This document shows positions 43,657 through 54,775 of a DNA stretch of 64,000 bases, piece after piece. The translations under genes and the position numbers were made by a program. Origin of the DNA: Salisapilia sapeloensis CBS 127946 (lineage: Eukaryota; Protista; Oomycota); the NCBI GenBank assembly GCA_023334545.1, contig JAADVB010000088.1:1798-65797 (forward strand), written 5' to 3'. The notes beneath the pieces were generated by a model. That model did no database searches and was not told the DNA's origin. It was given only the letters and a program-made list of their open reading frames with translations. The number at the start of each line of letters is the position of its first letter. Position 1 is the first letter of the stretch.

Positions 43657-44448
43657 ATGCTACGTCGATTTTTACCAGTAGCTCGCGTGGCGCGTCTACC
43701 GAGCAAGTCTCTACCATGCCGCTTCATGACAGCCGAAGCTGCCAAGAAGCCTACTGGACCACCTATTAAGAAATACATGATCTATACGACGATCATCATG
43801 TTCGGCATCCCTGGCGCCATCGGTGGTGTCTTCGTGTACAACCTCCGTACGGACGACGAGTTCTATGCGTACTTTAACGACCGGTACCCAGACTTGATCG
43901 AAGCCATTGAAAGCTATGTTCAATTGGACGAATCGCAATTAGAGCTGTCGGCTCGAGATGACATTGGGCCGATTGACGATACGAGTGCATTAGAAGAAGA
44001 GACGGTGGACATCATTGCCCACTTGCGATCCGGCAAGACCGTCACATTCCAGACTTCTGGATCGGCAACGCAAAAGGAGATTGAGGCAAAGGCATTGACG
44101 CTATCATCGACTTCCAGCGATGCTGTCGTGTCCTTTTCGTTCGACGAAGGTGATGAGTCTGCGAATAAACCAGCTGCAGCACAAGCCCTTCCCGGCAGCT
44201 TTCCACCTCAGATGACGTGGGGTAGTAGCAACAGGTCATCGTCCACTGCTTCCGCACCGAAGAAGACACCGACGTCGGAACTACGTCGCGAACTGGATGA
44301 TATTCGCGTACAACAGGCGGCTTTGGAGCAGTCCAAGTATGCCGGGAGAGACATTGACGACGTTGATGAAGAAATTGCGCAGCTTGAGCGCCGAAAGGAA
44401 GAGATTAAGCGAGCCTTACCGCGAAAGCGATTCCTCTACATCTTCTAA
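43657..44448 (+). CDS. Hypothetical mitochondrial single-TM coiled-coil protein
   Basis: Arg-rich presequence MLRRFLPVARVARLPSKSLPCRFM, one TM segment and a C-terminal coiled coil. Confidence 0.65.
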   Translation: MLRRFLPVARVARLPSKSLPCRFMTAEAAKKPTGPPIKKYMIYTTIIMFGIPGAIGGVFVYNLRTDDEFYAYFNDRYPDLIEAIESYVQLDESQLELSARDDIGPIDDTSALEEETVDIIAHLRSGKTVTFQTSGSATQKEIEAKALTLSSTSSDAVVSFSFDEGDESANKPAAAQALPGSFPPQMTWGSSNRSSSTASAPKKTPTSELRRELDDIRVQQAALEQSKYAGRDIDDVDEEIAQLERRKEEIKRALPRKRFLYIF

Positions 44449-44819
44449 ATGCATCTGATACTGCTCTCTTCCATTTTCTGACCTTCTCTACCTTTCGTAT
44501 TCCTTTGGGAAAGTCGATTATCTTGTACAGGCATGAAAATCCAGGATCTTCCTGTGATCCGAGGCATGCACCCATCAGGTGCTCAACTCGTAGAAATACC
44601 TTGCCACCGAACCCATTTCTGCCCATCGACATATCTTTGACATCGACTTGCTTTCACTATACTTTCACACAACCGGATTGCGCTTGGCGACACGGAATAA
44701 AAAGTTTTATTCAAGTACAAAAAACGACCTGCATCCAAACGACACTGAGAAAAGTCAATTCATCTCACTTCGTAAAAGACTCGAGAAACAACAAGTTGCC
44801 GTCCCCGCACACTTTATAC

Positions 44820-47016
44820 ATGGTCATCCCGCACTTGGACGAAGACCAAGATGAACGGTCCGAGCAAATGCAATCATCTAGACGCCGCGGTGCGTTCGGT
44901 AGCTCAGGCTTTGAACTCTCGTTCCTCTCGCGCGTACCGGCACATCGCGAAAACATGACGGCTGAACGCGCTGCAGTCGGTTCCGCTCGACTGAAACTAT
45001 ATCATGAACTGTGTGACCAACGGCTTGATTGTGCGCTCAACCAATTTCGGCGTCTAGAAGATGCAGGTGAACGCGGGTCGATCACATCTCGTCGATCTAG
45101 ACCGAGTTTCGGATCATCGCCTACAACTACCCGTGCGTCGCTTGATCCACGGAACTGGAAACTCGTGCGTGAACGTAGTGACATTCACGTCATGCGACAC
45201 ATGAAGCGAAAGCAGCGGACGAGTACGATCATGGCGACAGGAACGCTCCATGGGAGTCTCGTGGACGTCATGAGTGGATTGTATGCGGAATCGACGAACG
45301 AGTCTCGCGTACTGCATGCACTCTTGACGCCACGAGTGCTGGACACGGGTGTCGTTTTAGTGGACAAGCGCAGCTCGGAGTCGTCGCCCTTTCAGTTCTC
45401 CGGTATTACGTATACAGCTCTGCAGGCTCCTGGAATCTTCTGTCGGCATCGGGACTTTCTCTGCTTCAAGGTATGTCAAGCTTACGTGTCGTTCTTAGTT
45501 GATGGTGATGCTAATTTTTGCTTGTCTTTAGAAAATGGATTTAATCACAGATGATTTTGGTGAAGAGTTTGGCTACATGACACTTCAATCGGTGGATTCA
45601 GTGGATGATCCGCTTAATCCTCGTTTATCCCACGCTTCGTACGATTACTCCTACCAGTACACACCACAACAGCACTCTCCGTATCGCCGAGGCTACTTGT
45701 CCATCGCGATCGTATTCTATCGTCATCCGACCGACAGCAATCTTGTCACCATGTTCGCACATGGTGAGTATAACCCCAAGGGCCGTATACCTCTAGCATT
45801 AGGAGAACTCTGTCTAGCCGATTACCTCGTATCGATGGCCCACACCGTCCGTACTGGTCAAGCAAAGAAGTTATCTGCTCTACTGCAAATTCAACACGAG
45901 CAACGTCGTCAATTCCGCCACTCGTGGGGTCCGAACGATCAGGACGATTATGAAGCAGAAAAGCTGCAGGACCGTTGCTCGCTCTGTGCCCGATCTTTGT
46001 TCTTTTGGGATGGTCCTCGCCGCTGCCGTAGCTGCTGGAAGCGAACCTGTCGCCGCTGCCGTGTAGAAAAACCGATTTTCTGTGCACACATGCATCGTAG
46101 TCATGATGACCAAAAGGGTTCGAAAATCCAATCGCCGTGTACGGAAAACTTTTGCCTCCAATGCGTCTGCAATGTGATTCCGAGTGCGACACAGACCAAT
46201 GCAAAGCTTTTAGATCGCTTGGACAAGAAGCGACGTCGGTCCATAGGTGCTCCGTCGAATGCGCGGCAGACCATTTCCAGCTCTACGGACGACGTGCGCT
46301 CTTGGCCAGGTCGAGCTGAATCGGATCGTATGATGGAAAATAATCAGGATGACGCTTCGAGTATCTCGGCCTTTTCATCTTTCGAGTCCGACAAACTCCA
46401 GCAGCACAGACTAACTCTGACGAAGCCACCTCGTCGCAACTCGAGTTGGGATCAACTACCCCTTCAAAACTCGACAAGAGCTGCATCCAGCTCTCAATTA
46501 TATCAAACAACTAGTTTCATCTCGAATGGCGGCGTGTCGACGTCGATGCAAAGCTTTTTCTCCGTCTCGTCGAGTGGACTCGACCACTCGACTAGTTTCA
46601 GTGGGAACAACGCAGCATTGGACGAGACGATCGATGAAGAGCGAGAAGCAAACGCTCTCCATCCGCAGCGAAATCGTCGCACACCAAAGAGACATGATAA
46701 CAATCTACCGAAGAAAGCAAGTGGTCGAGTGAAAGCAAGTCCTCAGAAACGAAGTGAGGAGTATTACGACCGGAAGCTACAAGACTATCTGAACAACTTG
46801 ACAAGCAGTCACTCGTTCATGAGCAGCAAGCGGAGTATGGACAGTAGCGCCCATGACCTCATGTCGATTAGCACGCCGCACACACTCAGTCGAACGACGC
46901 CAAGGTTTGACGACGACCTGACGGATCTGCGTGGTTTCGCCACCAACGTCGACGACGCATCTCCATCCTCCGTCGCCTCTGCTCGAGTCTACGCGCAAAA
47001 TTTTCCCGACAATTAA
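44820..47016 (+). CDS. START-like domain + FYVE-type zinc finger protein (oomycete-expanded family); intron 45471-45531
   Basis: WKLVRERSDIHV...ATGTLHGSLVDVMSGLY...HRDFLCFK/KMD, then CSLC...RRCRSCWKRTCRRC...CLQC and a long S/R-rich tail. Confidence 0.8.
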
Positions 47017-47246
47017 TTAACAACTTTATTTTTCATATCTATCTCGAAAGAAACTATCTTTATGCTTACTTTTGATAACTATAACTTTAGTCTACTATAT
47101 CATGCAGTGCGATCAGCTAACCCATAGTGGCAGCAACAGTAGCCATCTTAATATCGTACAGGAAGTCTACCAAATAGAAACGAAAAAAATAAAAAGAGAA
47201 ATACGTGTGGAATCGGAACCAATCGATTATCCAATTACGAAAGGTC

Positions 47247-47720
<474 letters not shown>

Positions 47721-47726
47721 TTAAAG

Positions 47727-48022
47727 CTACGGAGACGGAAGACGTTAGTGTCAAGTGGATAAAGTGAAGCTCGTCGATGGATGGAGATACCTACGGAAAA
47801 GGAAATCTTGGTACTTGCGTACCAAGATCCCTACTTCCGATCCTCGATATTCGCAACACTCGACGAGTCACGTCCACGTCGGTTGTTTCGTGCAGGTTCC
47901 GGATGGAGTTAGAGAAAGAAAGCAATCGATGGACATGCCTCGTCGATTGCGAATAAGAGACCGAGGATGGAGAAGCCGTAGGTACGTACCGAATACAATC
48001 GACGTTGGAGGAGTTTACATAC
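47727..48022 (-). other. Putative 5'-UTR intron(s) of Ub-RPS27A containing two hairpins
   Basis: Acceptor TAG 12 nt upstream of the ATG. Candidate donors GTATCT (47790), GTACGT (47989) and GTATGT (48022). GCAA-capped hairpin at 47795-47838 and a long imperfect stem at 47836-47971. Confidence 0.55.
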
Positions 48023-48538
48023 CGAACGAAAAGAGGGTGGTGCCCGAAGTTGTCGTCCGATTCCAGAGTGATTGGGCTCCAAGCTATGGACACTTCGCGT
48101 CTTGTGAACCAGTCAGAGAAGGTATACAAAAATGCAGTCTATTTATAAGTGACTGGAGGGATGTATACTTCTAATTCGGTTGTTTTACGACCGTTTTGTT
48201 GGGAAAGCGGAGATCTTGAAAGGATGTGTGGCGTTGAAGTTGTATGGAAGTTATTAATAGCTCGCACAAGTGAGCATCTCTTGACGTTAGACGACTTGAG
48301 AGCACAGGATGGAGCTTGTGTATATATTTTCTAAGAACTATTGCCATTTTCAAAGTACCTGTATCGTCGTGGACGCATGGATTGCACTGATCTGTTCAGT
48401 ACTAGTTACCATCCACATTCTCGTCGTATGCATCCGTGTTTGTCTGCACATACGGAGAAAGCTGCGAGGTAAAGTGAATGCAAAAGGATATACGAGCTAC
48501 TCAACTGACAATGTGCTGTAGGTAAGAACGGATTGCTC

Positions 48539-50230
48539 ATGGCAACGAGAGGAATTCTACCATTCCCTTCAGCAGTAATACAAAAGGATGCTCATGCAGC
48601 TCGAGTCATGAGTCACAAGAATACCAAAAAGCACGGGCAACTATTTGTGCTTCAAACACAGCGTATGCTCCATACAGATCTCTCCACGGCGCCTCGTCCA
48701 CAACGTTCGCCAGCTGAAAATGATGGCTCTGTTTTGGTAGGACCGAGAGCTGGTGACCTTGACAGCGAGGATAGTATCGCAGAATCTGATACTTCGAAGG
48801 GAGATAGCCATCCACAGACGATGCTTTCGAAGCCCAAAAGTTCAAGTTTGGAGTCTTTTATTCCATCGTTAATGACAGGAAGACAGGGAAACAAAACAAA
48901 AGGTAATTCAGGTGATAAACATGATAAACAAGAGAAAACACACCGCCAGAAATTTACTCCATTGCGTATTGCAATGACATTTTCTAAGCCAAAGCGTGAA
49001 CCAAAAAATAAACGAAATGAGTCTTTTACTACTCAATCGTACTCACAACGAAATGAGCTTGCGGGGCTTTCACCTGATCTGCGATCACGTCAGGAGTTAC
49101 AGGCGAACGAAGCGCTCAAGAAACAGCGAAGGATCAGTGCTGGTGTCGATTCACTCTTGCAATTTGATGTGGACAAAGGTACAGCTGCTGTATATGAAGT
49201 GAAATTGGCAGAAGTACAGCTTGTGAAGCGTCTTGCGGTTGGTCCACTGAGCGAAGTCTACGCTGCCAAATGGAGAGGAACAAGAGTTGGGGTAAAGCTT
49301 CTACTGCCGCGACCAGGAGAAGTAGATCAATTTGAGGATGCAGTGAAAAACTTTCGACGAGAAATTTGGGTCATGAATTCGCTCAAGCATCCAAACATCC
49401 TAACGCTTATCGGTGCTAGCCTCACTCCAAACTGCTACGTCCTTGTGATGGAGTACATGGCAAATGGCTCTCTCTATGACTACTTGCGTGATGAAGCAAA
49501 TTTCATCCCACCACCCATGATCGTCACTACTGCACATGAGATTGCGTTGGCAATGAGCTACATCCATGCACGCTCCGTCCTCCAACGCGATCTCAAGTCT
49601 AAGAATTGTCTTATTTCACAGAACTTGGTCGTCAAAGTCTCTGACTTTGGTCTGTCTCGTTACCGGAGTAAATTGTACGGGGAGTACTCATTCGTTGGCA
49701 CACCATTCTGGGCAGCACCAGAAGTCTTACGGCACGAAAAATATAATGAAAAGGCTGATGTGTACAGTTTTGCGATCGTCTTGTGGGAACTTGTCGAGCG
49801 AAAAGACCCATATGAAGACATGAACGCTATGCAAGTCCCATTTCTAGTAGCCAACGATGGCCTTCGACCGGCTGAGTTCACGCGTCCAGCACCACTCGGT
49901 CTAGAGCAGCTTATGAAACAATGTTGGGACAATGACCCAGAGCAACGTCCGGATTTTGCTGAAATTGCCTCGACACTAGCCAAGTGGAATAAAAAGGAAG
50001 TCAATCGTACCGCTCTATCCGCATTGATACAGCGTGAAGAGCAAAATATTTCTGCTGAAGAAAGGAGGCGATTTGCAATCACGCATGATGCGAACGCCAA
50101 AGCTATCCCCATTATCTTATGTCCAAAGAATCGGACATTCAATGTTATTGATGATGCGGAGGAGGAAGGCAGAAAGCCTTTAAATAAGTTCAAACGCTCA
50201 TCTACAGTGGCAGATTTGCGAGGGAGGTGA
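48539..50230 (+). CDS. TKL-family (Raf/MLK-like) protein kinase
   Basis: VGVKLL, FRREIWVMNSLKHPNI, QRDLKSKN, DFG, GTPFWAAPE and KADVYSF. Long disordered N-terminus. The start is uncertain. Confidence 0.88.
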   Translation: MATRGILPFPSAVIQKDAHAARVMSHKNTKKHGQLFVLQTQRMLHTDLSTAPRPQRSPAENDGSVLVGPRAGDLDSEDSIAESDTSKGDSHPQTMLSKPKSSSLESFIPSLMTGRQGNKTKGNSGDKHDKQEKTHRQKFTPLRIAMTFSKPKREPKNKRNESFTTQSYSQRNELAGLSPDLRSRQELQANEALKKQRRISAGVDSLLQFDVDKGTAAVYEVKLAEVQLVKRLAVGPLSEVYAAKWRGTRVGVKLLLPRPGEVDQFEDAVKNFRREIWVMNSLKHPNILTLIGASLTPNCYVLVMEYMANGSLYDYLRDEANFIPPPMIVTTAHEIALAMSYIHARSVLQRDLKSKNCLISQNLVVKVSDFGLSRYRSKLYGEYSFVGTPFWAAPEVLRHEKYNEKADVYSFAIVLWELVERKDPYEDMNAMQVPFLVANDGLRPAEFTRPAPLGLEQLMKQCWDNDPEQRPDFAEIASTLAKWNKKEVNRTALSALIQREEQNISAEERRRFAITHDANAKAIPIILCPKNRTFNVIDDAEEEGRKPLNKFKRSSTVADLRGR

Positions 50231-50356
50231 AAACTACATCGCTGTTTTGACTACGACCCGAATACCCATGTATATCTCCAAATTATTAAGCTCTGCTAGA
50301 AAGTAATTCTACTGTGATAAAAATAGATATCTACATTTGATGAGCGTATAAACCTC

Positions 50357-52042
50357 ATGTCCTCTTCCATTCTTCACTCATCGTTCATATCGTCGAGCAT
50401 AAGCATGCAACACTCTGAAGAGAATGAAGAGTCGAAGTTTCCGAGTGGCAACGAAAAAAATGAAACGAATGCAGCAAATGTGACTGATCCGATGCATCAG
50501 GGTGGACTCGTTAGTCTGCTTCTTATTGAAGAATTCTTACTTCGATATCGACTTACTGACACGGCCAAGATGCTACGAGATGAATTTGCCAGATTGCACA
50601 GCACAAATCAATTTCCAGATGTATCACTTTGGGCACAGATACAAGGAATCTGCTGCAAGCTCTTTTCTACAAAGGAGGTCAGCGTAGACAATCTAAACAC
50701 TACAACACTTGACAAGATGATACATCATCTACTCCAATCCGCTACAGACACCAAGCATCATGAAAGAGGCAAAAAGAACACTAATAATTTGATCAGTGTT
50801 GTTGTTTCACCTAAGAAATCATTGCAGTTATCCGATCTTGGGGCGGATAAATTATTCCCTGTCAAAGCAACATACGACGCGAACTCGTCAAAGACATTTG
50901 AGTATCCTGTATCGAACGTAGCGCCGCAGGAAATTGATGTAAAAGTTAGTGGAGAAGAAGTGGACGCTTCACACGACCTCTCAACGTACAATGTCAAGGT
51001 TTCAGTTCCAAGTGCCCGACGTAGATCAAGACACAGTTCAAACAAGAGAATACGAGGGATAACAGAAAGCAAGCCACGCCGATCGGTTCAGGCAAAATCG
51101 AGTAAAATCCTGCAAGAAGCTAAATCAACTTTGAAGAAGTACACTTCGACTACTTCTGCGAGTAGTAATTCCGATGATAGAGGACTCATTCTTGCCAACG
51201 AATCACAACTCAGACGTGACTTGTATGCCTCGAGGGCAATGGAACGTGAGTTGAGAAAAATAGCCGATGAACATCGATTTGGACCGGGAAACCCACAGAG
51301 AAAGTCATCCGATAATACATCAACCGACAGAAAGCAATTCAATCAACACGACGAGCATTCGCATGCACTTACAATGGAACGTTTGGGTTCGAGCAAGCGA
51401 ATGGAGTGTGCATTATGTCGTTTTGAACATTTACATGTGAATCTTCCATGTCAAGTGTCGTTTAAATGCATCATCGAAGTGCATCAAAAGTGGAGTTACG
51501 AACCGCCGGATAGAGGCACCAACCCGTATTACCGACCACCATTATGCTATAATGCTGTCCTTGTGTGTCGTATGTGTGCACAGATCATTCAACATCATAC
51601 TGGAAAGTCAGGCACTGTAGAAGAGATGGTATCACCTTTGCGGTCGACTTGTAACACACGGCAAACAAAGTCGATGTCTTCTCTAGCTAATCATGTTGGC
51701 CAAGCTAATCAGAGGAAGCATAGTCCTACAACAGAAAGAAAATTTGTTACTGATCCATTTTCACTTCCGCCTCTTGTGGGAGACGAATGCGATAACACAA
51801 CCGAAGAGGATTTAGTGGAAGAACGTCAACGCAGACCTCGCAAGTCCTCTTTCGGATTAGACCAGTCTATGCATCCAAGATTTGTAGAGTCATCCGCGAA
51901 AGTAATTGTATATGAACCACAGTCCAAGGCTGCTGAATTTATGACGCCTAAAGAGTGGGGACTAATCAAAAGCACACGCAGTCTCATTCGTTCTTCAGTC
52001 GAAGAGTCCACACAACAACAAACATCGGATAAAAACCGATAG
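50357..52042 (+). CDS. Hypothetical protein with a LisH-like N-terminal motif and a Cys-rich C-terminal domain
   Basis: LIEEFLLRYRLTDTAKMLRDE (LisH-like), and MECALC...VLVCRMCAQ. Confidence 0.65.
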   Translation: MSSSILHSSFISSSISMQHSEENEESKFPSGNEKNETNAANVTDPMHQGGLVSLLLIEEFLLRYRLTDTAKMLRDEFARLHSTNQFPDVSLWAQIQGICCKLFSTKEVSVDNLNTTTLDKMIHHLLQSATDTKHHERGKKNTNNLISVVVSPKKSLQLSDLGADKLFPVKATYDANSSKTFEYPVSNVAPQEIDVKVSGEEVDASHDLSTYNVKVSVPSARRRSRHSSNKRIRGITESKPRRSVQAKSSKILQEAKSTLKKYTSTTSASSNSDDRGLILANESQLRRDLYASRAMERELRKIADEHRFGPGNPQRKSSDNTSTDRKQFNQHDEHSHALTMERLGSSKRMECALCRFEHLHVNLPCQVSFKCIIEVHQKWSYEPPDRGTNPYYRPPLCYNAVLVCRMCAQIIQHHTGKSGTVEEMVSPLRSTCNTRQTKSMSSLANHVGQANQRKHSPTTERKFVTDPFSLPPLVGDECDNTTEEDLVEERQRRPRKSSFGLDQSMHPRFVESSAKVIVYEPQSKAAEFMTPKEWGLIKSTRSLIRSSVEESTQQQTSDKNR

Positions 52043-53635
52043 GTTTTACGCTTTGCGCATAGAATCCTACTTTTAGCAAGATTTAAATAGATAGATTACT
52101 ATCATGGACACTTGCAGCATTTGAAGTCATGTACGTTTATAACAAACATGTATACATTCCTCTGCTTCTGCGTGGTTGGGATTTATTTGTCTGTTGACGC
52201 AGCTAAGCATATACTGTTATAACTTGTAAGCCGTACGCATGAGCACCGATGTAATGTAGTGTCTGCACAAACACCAGCCACTCCTGCGAATTGACGTGTC
52301 AAGTATCCTATGAATAGCGAATATAAGCTGTACAAGGATGTTGATATATTTGCGGTCTGAGGTGCTAGTGCAGTATTGCAATGAGCATTTGTACTTACAC
52401 AATTAAAAAAAATTATTTAATAAACTTAATAAATATTTATCGAATATGATGAACTACAGATAGGTGTATTCCTATACTACCAGTTTATCTTGCACAACCA
52501 CCATCAAATACTGATAAGAGCTCTTGTCTACAAGCCGCGAAGCTGTGTAAGTTTAGGAAGAGTTCATAGAATTAGGTGTCGCTGACGATTATGCACATCC
52601 AGGAATGGAAAAGAAAGTAACGAGTTTGATAGTTTCATGGACTTTAAAGACTCAACAACGAATTGAGTATCGTAGAGATCACGAAGCTGTATCATGTGAG
52701 GTCAAAACATGAAACTTTTCGATCCGGATGAGAATTGAACTCCATCAGAAGCATCCGCAAGTGAGAGTAGCAACTGTAGTTCATTTATTATGTATAGGAT
52801 CCATGATCGATGCTTACAAGAAATGTAGGGGATGATCGACTACTTATCAATGCGGATGTTAGCCAAGTTTTTACTCTTCAATTACAAGCGTCTGCTAAAA
52901 GTCAAGCAAAACGCAGAAGTAAGACTTTAAATATCTGTGAAATGAAATCTTTCTGCGTTGCAAGTGTTCAATGCATAAAATCGAGATAAACCATGTCCGA
53001 GGTGATGCATCTATCGTACATCAAACGGCGCTGGAGCTTGTACTCCGCAGTCAAGATCAGAGCTATTAATGTCTAAGCAGCTAATTCGCTTTGTTTACCT
53101 CGTTCTGTAAGCTTATTGATGTCTACCGCGTCTTCATGCAGAAGTACGCCCCATTCAATACTTCATGGAAACTTCAATATCAAATAACAAGTATCAGACA
53201 CTTCAACACATCCGAAACTGTACAAAGCTGGGATGCAGCGGAAGCTAGCTTAATTCATCACGCAGTAGAATTAAATAACACCCATGGCTTGATTGAATGC
53301 TAGATTTTGCAAAGATGACGTGTAAATCACTTCTCTGATCCAGCTGTACTCCTTCCTGGATAGTACCTCCATGCGCAAATCAGAAACTTGGAAAAAATTT
53401 CGCTTCTTCTTACAAGTGCCATGTGAATCTCTCTTGACCCAGAAATCCAGGTGAGGTGGTCTTTGCAAGTGCAAAGCACTTCACGAAGAAAATAAGAAAC
53501 TAGATTTTTATCTTAAGTTTCTGTGTCGAATTGCGAGCTCGCACCAATCTCCTGCATACAAAAATCCAGTCTAGAAAGTGTATCCGCAATGTCCGTCCGT
53601 TTCGATTCACTTTGCAATCTGCGCCATATGCAGCA

Positions 53636-54736
53636 ATGGAGCCAAAAGCTCCTCTACAAAAGCTTGCCTCGACACCATCCAACACGTTAAATCGCAGTAT
53701 TACCCCTCCTATCACTCTTTGGGAACCAACATCAAAAGAGCTGGAATGCCTGTCATTGCATGATTTTGACCTCTTGAAAGCAATCGGAAGAGGATCTTTC
53801 GGAATCGTGAAGCTAGCCAAGCACAAAACTTCAGGAAACGTTGTCGCGATCAAATGCGTTTCCAAGAAACGAATTGCAGCATTGCGCCATAGCCACCATC
53901 TTATACGTGAACAAAAGGTGCATAAATCTATCCACCATCCTTGCATCGCTCGACTTTATGCCACGTTTCAGGATCAAGCTCGCGTTTATTTATGTATAGA
54001 ATATCTACCTGGCGGAGAACTTTACAATCTTCTCACTTTACCATCCTCTTTCGTACAACGAAACGAATTTGGAGGGTTACAGATCCAGGCAGCCTGCTTC
54101 TATTTCGCTTGCTTGGTCTCTTCCATACAGTATCTGCATAACGAAGGTATTTTGTATCGAGATATCAAGGCAGAGAACCTCGTCTTGGACAAGTCTGGAT
54201 ATGCAAAGTTACTAGACTTTGGATTCGCAAAATACAAGGAGCAACAGAATAAGACGTTGTGTGGTAGTCTCACGTACATGGCACCAGAAATATTAAGTCG
54301 ATCTGGGCATGACGAAAGAGCAGATCTGTGGTCGTGTGGAATCTTGCTGTATGAAATGCTAATCGGGTCTGCTCCTTTTGACGATGCCAACAATCGTGAG
54401 TTGGGACGGAAAATTACATCAGAAGATGTTCCGTTTCCTCCTGCCTTTGCTTGTGTCTACCCAGAGGCTTTCGACCTGATTTCCAAGTTACTCGTGAAGG
54501 ATCCATCGCATCGGATGCAAAGTATTTCGGACGTAAAGCAGCATCCACTTATGACTTTATACTTTCCAACAGAAAAGAGTTGGGAGATGCTGGAGCGTCG
54601 ACAGATAACACCACCCTTCATACCGAAGGTGCCTAGTCATAATAACGTCAGCTTTGGTTGTAGTGACAGTGGAGACGACAGTGATGGAACGGAATCATGC
54701 GTAGATAACAACGACGATATATTTGAAGAATATTAA
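53636..54736 (+). CDS. AGC-family (PKA/PKG-like) protein kinase
   Basis: IGRGSFG, VAIK, YRDIKAEN, DFG, CGSLTYMAPE and PPFIP. The first ATG is at 53636. Confidence 0.9.
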   Translation: MEPKAPLQKLASTPSNTLNRSITPPITLWEPTSKELECLSLHDFDLLKAIGRGSFGIVKLAKHKTSGNVVAIKCVSKKRIAALRHSHHLIREQKVHKSIHHPCIARLYATFQDQARVYLCIEYLPGGELYNLLTLPSSFVQRNEFGGLQIQAACFYFACLVSSIQYLHNEGILYRDIKAENLVLDKSGYAKLLDFGFAKYKEQQNKTLCGSLTYMAPEILSRSGHDERADLWSCGILLYEMLIGSAPFDDANNRELGRKITSEDVPFPPAFACVYPEAFDLISKLLVKDPSHRMQSISDVKQHPLMTLYFPTEKSWEMLERRQITPPFIPKVPSHNNVSFGCSDSGDDSDGTESCVDNNDDIFEEY

Positions 54737-54775
54737 ATGCGTAAATGGATAGAAATAAATACATCTAAGCTCAAG

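Noticed and set aside
44505-44819. 105-aa upstream extension of the START-FYVE ORF
   Set aside because: Non-ATG start and promoter-like composition. The ATG at 44820 is more plausible.
52715-52790. B-box/T-arm-like GGAGTTCAATTCTC on the minus strand
   Set aside because: No A-box/D-arm, anticodon arm or acceptor stem could be built, so it was not called a tRNA.
52043-53530. 1.5-kb gap with short ORFs (53091-53303, 53271-53474)
   Set aside because: No recognisable domain, repeat or TE hallmark. Treated as intergenic, although a TE relic cannot be excluded without a search.
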